Of a DNA stretch of 64,000 nt, positions 61,631 to 64,000 are shown in pieces. Source of the stretch: Vezdaea acicularis (taxonomy: Eukaryota). A model generated the notes under the pieces. The model searched no databases. It saw only the letters and a list, made by a program, of their open reading frames with translations, and had not been told where the DNA came from. How positions within the stretch are numbered: position 1 is the stretch's first letter; the number at the start of each line of letters is the position of its first letter. The stretch is taken from contig JAPEUI010000006.1 in the NCBI GenBank assembly GCA_026025075.1, positions 1 to 64,000 on the forward strand, read 5' to 3'. The position numbers and the translations under genes were made by a program.

Positions 61631-62407
61631 TCAGGCTAAGTGATATGTACGGGGATCATTTCGCGCTATCGAAGATAATGGCCGTGGCGGCCTATGTTCA
61701 TCCGATGTATACATGACAGTTCGAATCTTAGTAGGATTTATGAACTCCGTAGATGCGGTAGGTAATCTTGGCACGGTGTGAGGTTGTGTTTGTGTCGCAG
61801 GACTGACTAGAACTGTCAAGGTGCGCACGACATCCGGCCCGGTACGATCGACGTCGATTACAACCTGGAGAAGCCGTAAAGCAACGCTCGATTGCAATGC
61901 AGGATCCACTTGGCGTTCCGGGATACCTTCGAGAATCTTTTTTGGTGCCTCTGCAGAGGTGAGCCCTCTCTTTCTCTGCCTCGTCTGATTATAGAACGCA
62001 TAAGTGGTATGCCACATACCATCGTCATATGACGCTGGCGTTGATAGTTGAGGGGGTGAGGTACTTGGGGGCGTAGGTGGTGGGGTAATCAAAGACGTCC
62101 TTTCGGACTGAAAAACGCTCGGTGAAGCTGTAACTAGAACCGTTGTGATGGATTCCGACTCGCTAGGAAGGACAGTAGATATGATTGTCTTCGTTAGAGG
62201 TGCTGATGCACTTTCGACGATTGTGCGTATTTCTGTCTTCGTTGCGGCTTCAGATGTACTAGACTGGCCTCCATCCACAGGAACGACTGAGTAAGACACG
62301 CCTCTGCGCAACATATCGGTAGGATTATTTATGGAGGCAAATGGACGAGCACCAGCCGGAAGTGGTGAAGAAACCGCGACAAGCATAGACAAGATAAAGA
62401 GACGCAT
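61631..62407 (-). CDS. Secreted Ser/Thr-rich hypothetical protein (258 aa)
   Basis: Signal peptide MRLFILSMLVAVSS, RR and KR dibasic sites, and motif-like blocks YSVVPVDGG and YDDGMWHTTY. Confidence 0.7.
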   Translation of the reverse strand: MRLFILSMLVAVSSPLPAGARPFASINNPTDMLRRGVSYSVVPVDGGQSSTSEAATKTEIRTIVESASAPLTKTIISTVLPSESESITTVLVTASPSVFQSERTSLITPPPTPPSTSPPQLSTPASYDDGMWHTTYAFYNQTRQRKRGLTSAEAPKKILEGIPERQVDPALQSSVALRLLQVVIDVDRTGPDVVRTLTVLVSPATQTQPHTVPRLPTASTEFINPTKIRTVMYTSDEHRPPRPLSSIARNDPRTYHLA

Positions 62408-64000
62408 GATCGCAACCCTGTTATGCTTGCTGCTGAATTAGTCCTTAAACATAGATTTATCGTTGGCTCCAAGCTTGAGCAATGTTAGGTTACAGAGAAA
62501 CAAGGTCAACAGCAGGCTTGCGACTGAGCAATGCCCTTTGAATCAACAGAAACTCAGATTGTTGAAAGAGATGAGAAAAGAAAGTTTACAACGATGGAAA
62601 CTTTCAAGCGAGGAAAAGGCCATTCCAAACTTCTATGGAATTGTAGATGGCTGGAAGTCGATGGATGCGTGCTGTCGTGGTTGCGATTGGGGGCAACAAA
62701 GTTGGGAGGCTGGTGATGCCTCTCCTCGGTTCATGAGGGTGGCTGGCGAAATTTACCGGGCATGGCAACGGGCAAACGGCCAAAGCTTGGCGAGCAGAGG
62801 TAGCCATGCACGTGCCATATTGCTTACAAATGCCGCCTCAGGGACAACGTAACTTCTGCACTGTCGATTATTGGCCTCACCTTTGCATCATATTGAACGA
62901 CCGCCGAATTCTTTCGCATAGGGCACTCATATCTGAATATGGCTTGGAGGCCTCTTGTTCCAAATAAGTTCGAGCTCGCACTCCAAAGCTATCATGACTA
63001 TCGGGTTCAAACGGGAGTAGAGTCCGCCAATTGTCACAATGAAATACCCGCTTCACCCAGGAAAGCCTTTTCAGTATCAATAAATTGGATGCGTGAACTC
63101 ATCCCGTACCCAGTTTTCCGTTCATTCGTATCTTCATGTCTTCTTACTGCGTTACAGTCTCCTTTGCCTCTTGACGTGACAGCAGACTTAATCCATTCCT
63201 CCGTGAAAATCCCACGTAGACAATCATTATAGTGATGTCGCTTGGCACGCTCAAATCCTCTCATTATTCTTTACAGAGCTTGTTTCTTCCAGATATCGGT
63301 GGTTTGATCGCAAATGCTTCATTCAAGGTCCAACTAAAGTGTCGTTACCCGCCTGTTGCCCTATGCCTTAGGGCTTTGACCCTTCCTCGCGTTACGCGAG
63401 GCGAGTTACTTCGCGTATATTTTCGGGGACCTTCTTCTCCTTATGGATGCCATGTGGCTATTCTCCGATAAGGCCAAGCTCCAGTAATACCAATAGGGAA
63501 CAGACGCTTACCTTGGTCAAAGATAGTGTCTGTTCTCCAAAATAAGCTAAATCCATACACCAGCCAGCCAGCTAGTTCATTGATCGAATAAACTCTTCAT
63601 TCTAGAGTCCACTCCTAATGCTCTACTAACTAGGCGGAAGTTTTGAATGAGTCGTGCTGTATCTTGCACTAATCTGTAAGATTCATCCTTTGTCATCCCC
63701 CTTATTATTCCGGGCTTTTGAACGTATCACAGCCACATCGCTGCAGTCAAGTCGTTTTAAGACAGTTAATGATAACATGGGAAGCCAGGTTACATTTGGA
63801 TCTTCAAACTGCCCAAGGTAACATTTTCCTTAGTCGATCTTCAGAGCGTTACAATTACACAGGGCTCGAAGAATGGCTGCTTCTAAGAAGCTGAACAAAG
63901 TATACAAAAAGCTCAGCACCACTCTTCATGACACCATCTATGAAGTTGCACATCCACGGGGTGAAAGGCGTATCCAGGAACAGATCCGATATGGTTACTC

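Noticed and set aside
62410..64000. Short ORFs in the last 1.6 kb
   Set aside because: No coherent gene model, codon bias or family motif; treated as intergenic.

Overview
Eukaryotic, intron-containing DNA from a filamentous ascomycete (Pezizomycotina): short GT-AG introns with CTAAC/CTGAC branch sites and fungal-type genes. About 25 protein-coding loci can be supported. Most are ordinary housekeeping genes: DUF1765 protein, Whi5/Nrm1-like repressor, FSH1 hydrolase, Zn2Cys6 TF, NmrA-like protein, phosphoglucomutase, oligoribonuclease, Gfo/Idh/MocA oxidoreductase, GNAT, Hof1/Cdc15, SurE-TTL (Pby1-like), HMT1-like ABC half-transporter, Kes1/Osh4, bL9m, FBA1, OSCA/TMEM63 channel, Ubp16-like USP and VPS35. 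I found no tRNA, rRNA, CRISPR or intact transposon. The most unusual part is a ~5.4 kb island (~25.2-30.6 kb). It holds an orphan, disordered ~868-aa gene flanked by four unrelated repeat families. The island ends in an 8-unit, ~100-bp A/B higher-order array whose units differ in sequence but keep the same hairpin-hairpin-GGG-oligo(T) architecture, including C(UACG)G tetraloops, which suggests a structured-RNA or ssDNA element. Other points: a stop codon inside the splice donor at the SurE/TTL boundary, a 5'-truncated DUF3445 remnant, and two spliced genes missed by the ORF track. All family calls come from motif recognition by eye; no searches were run.
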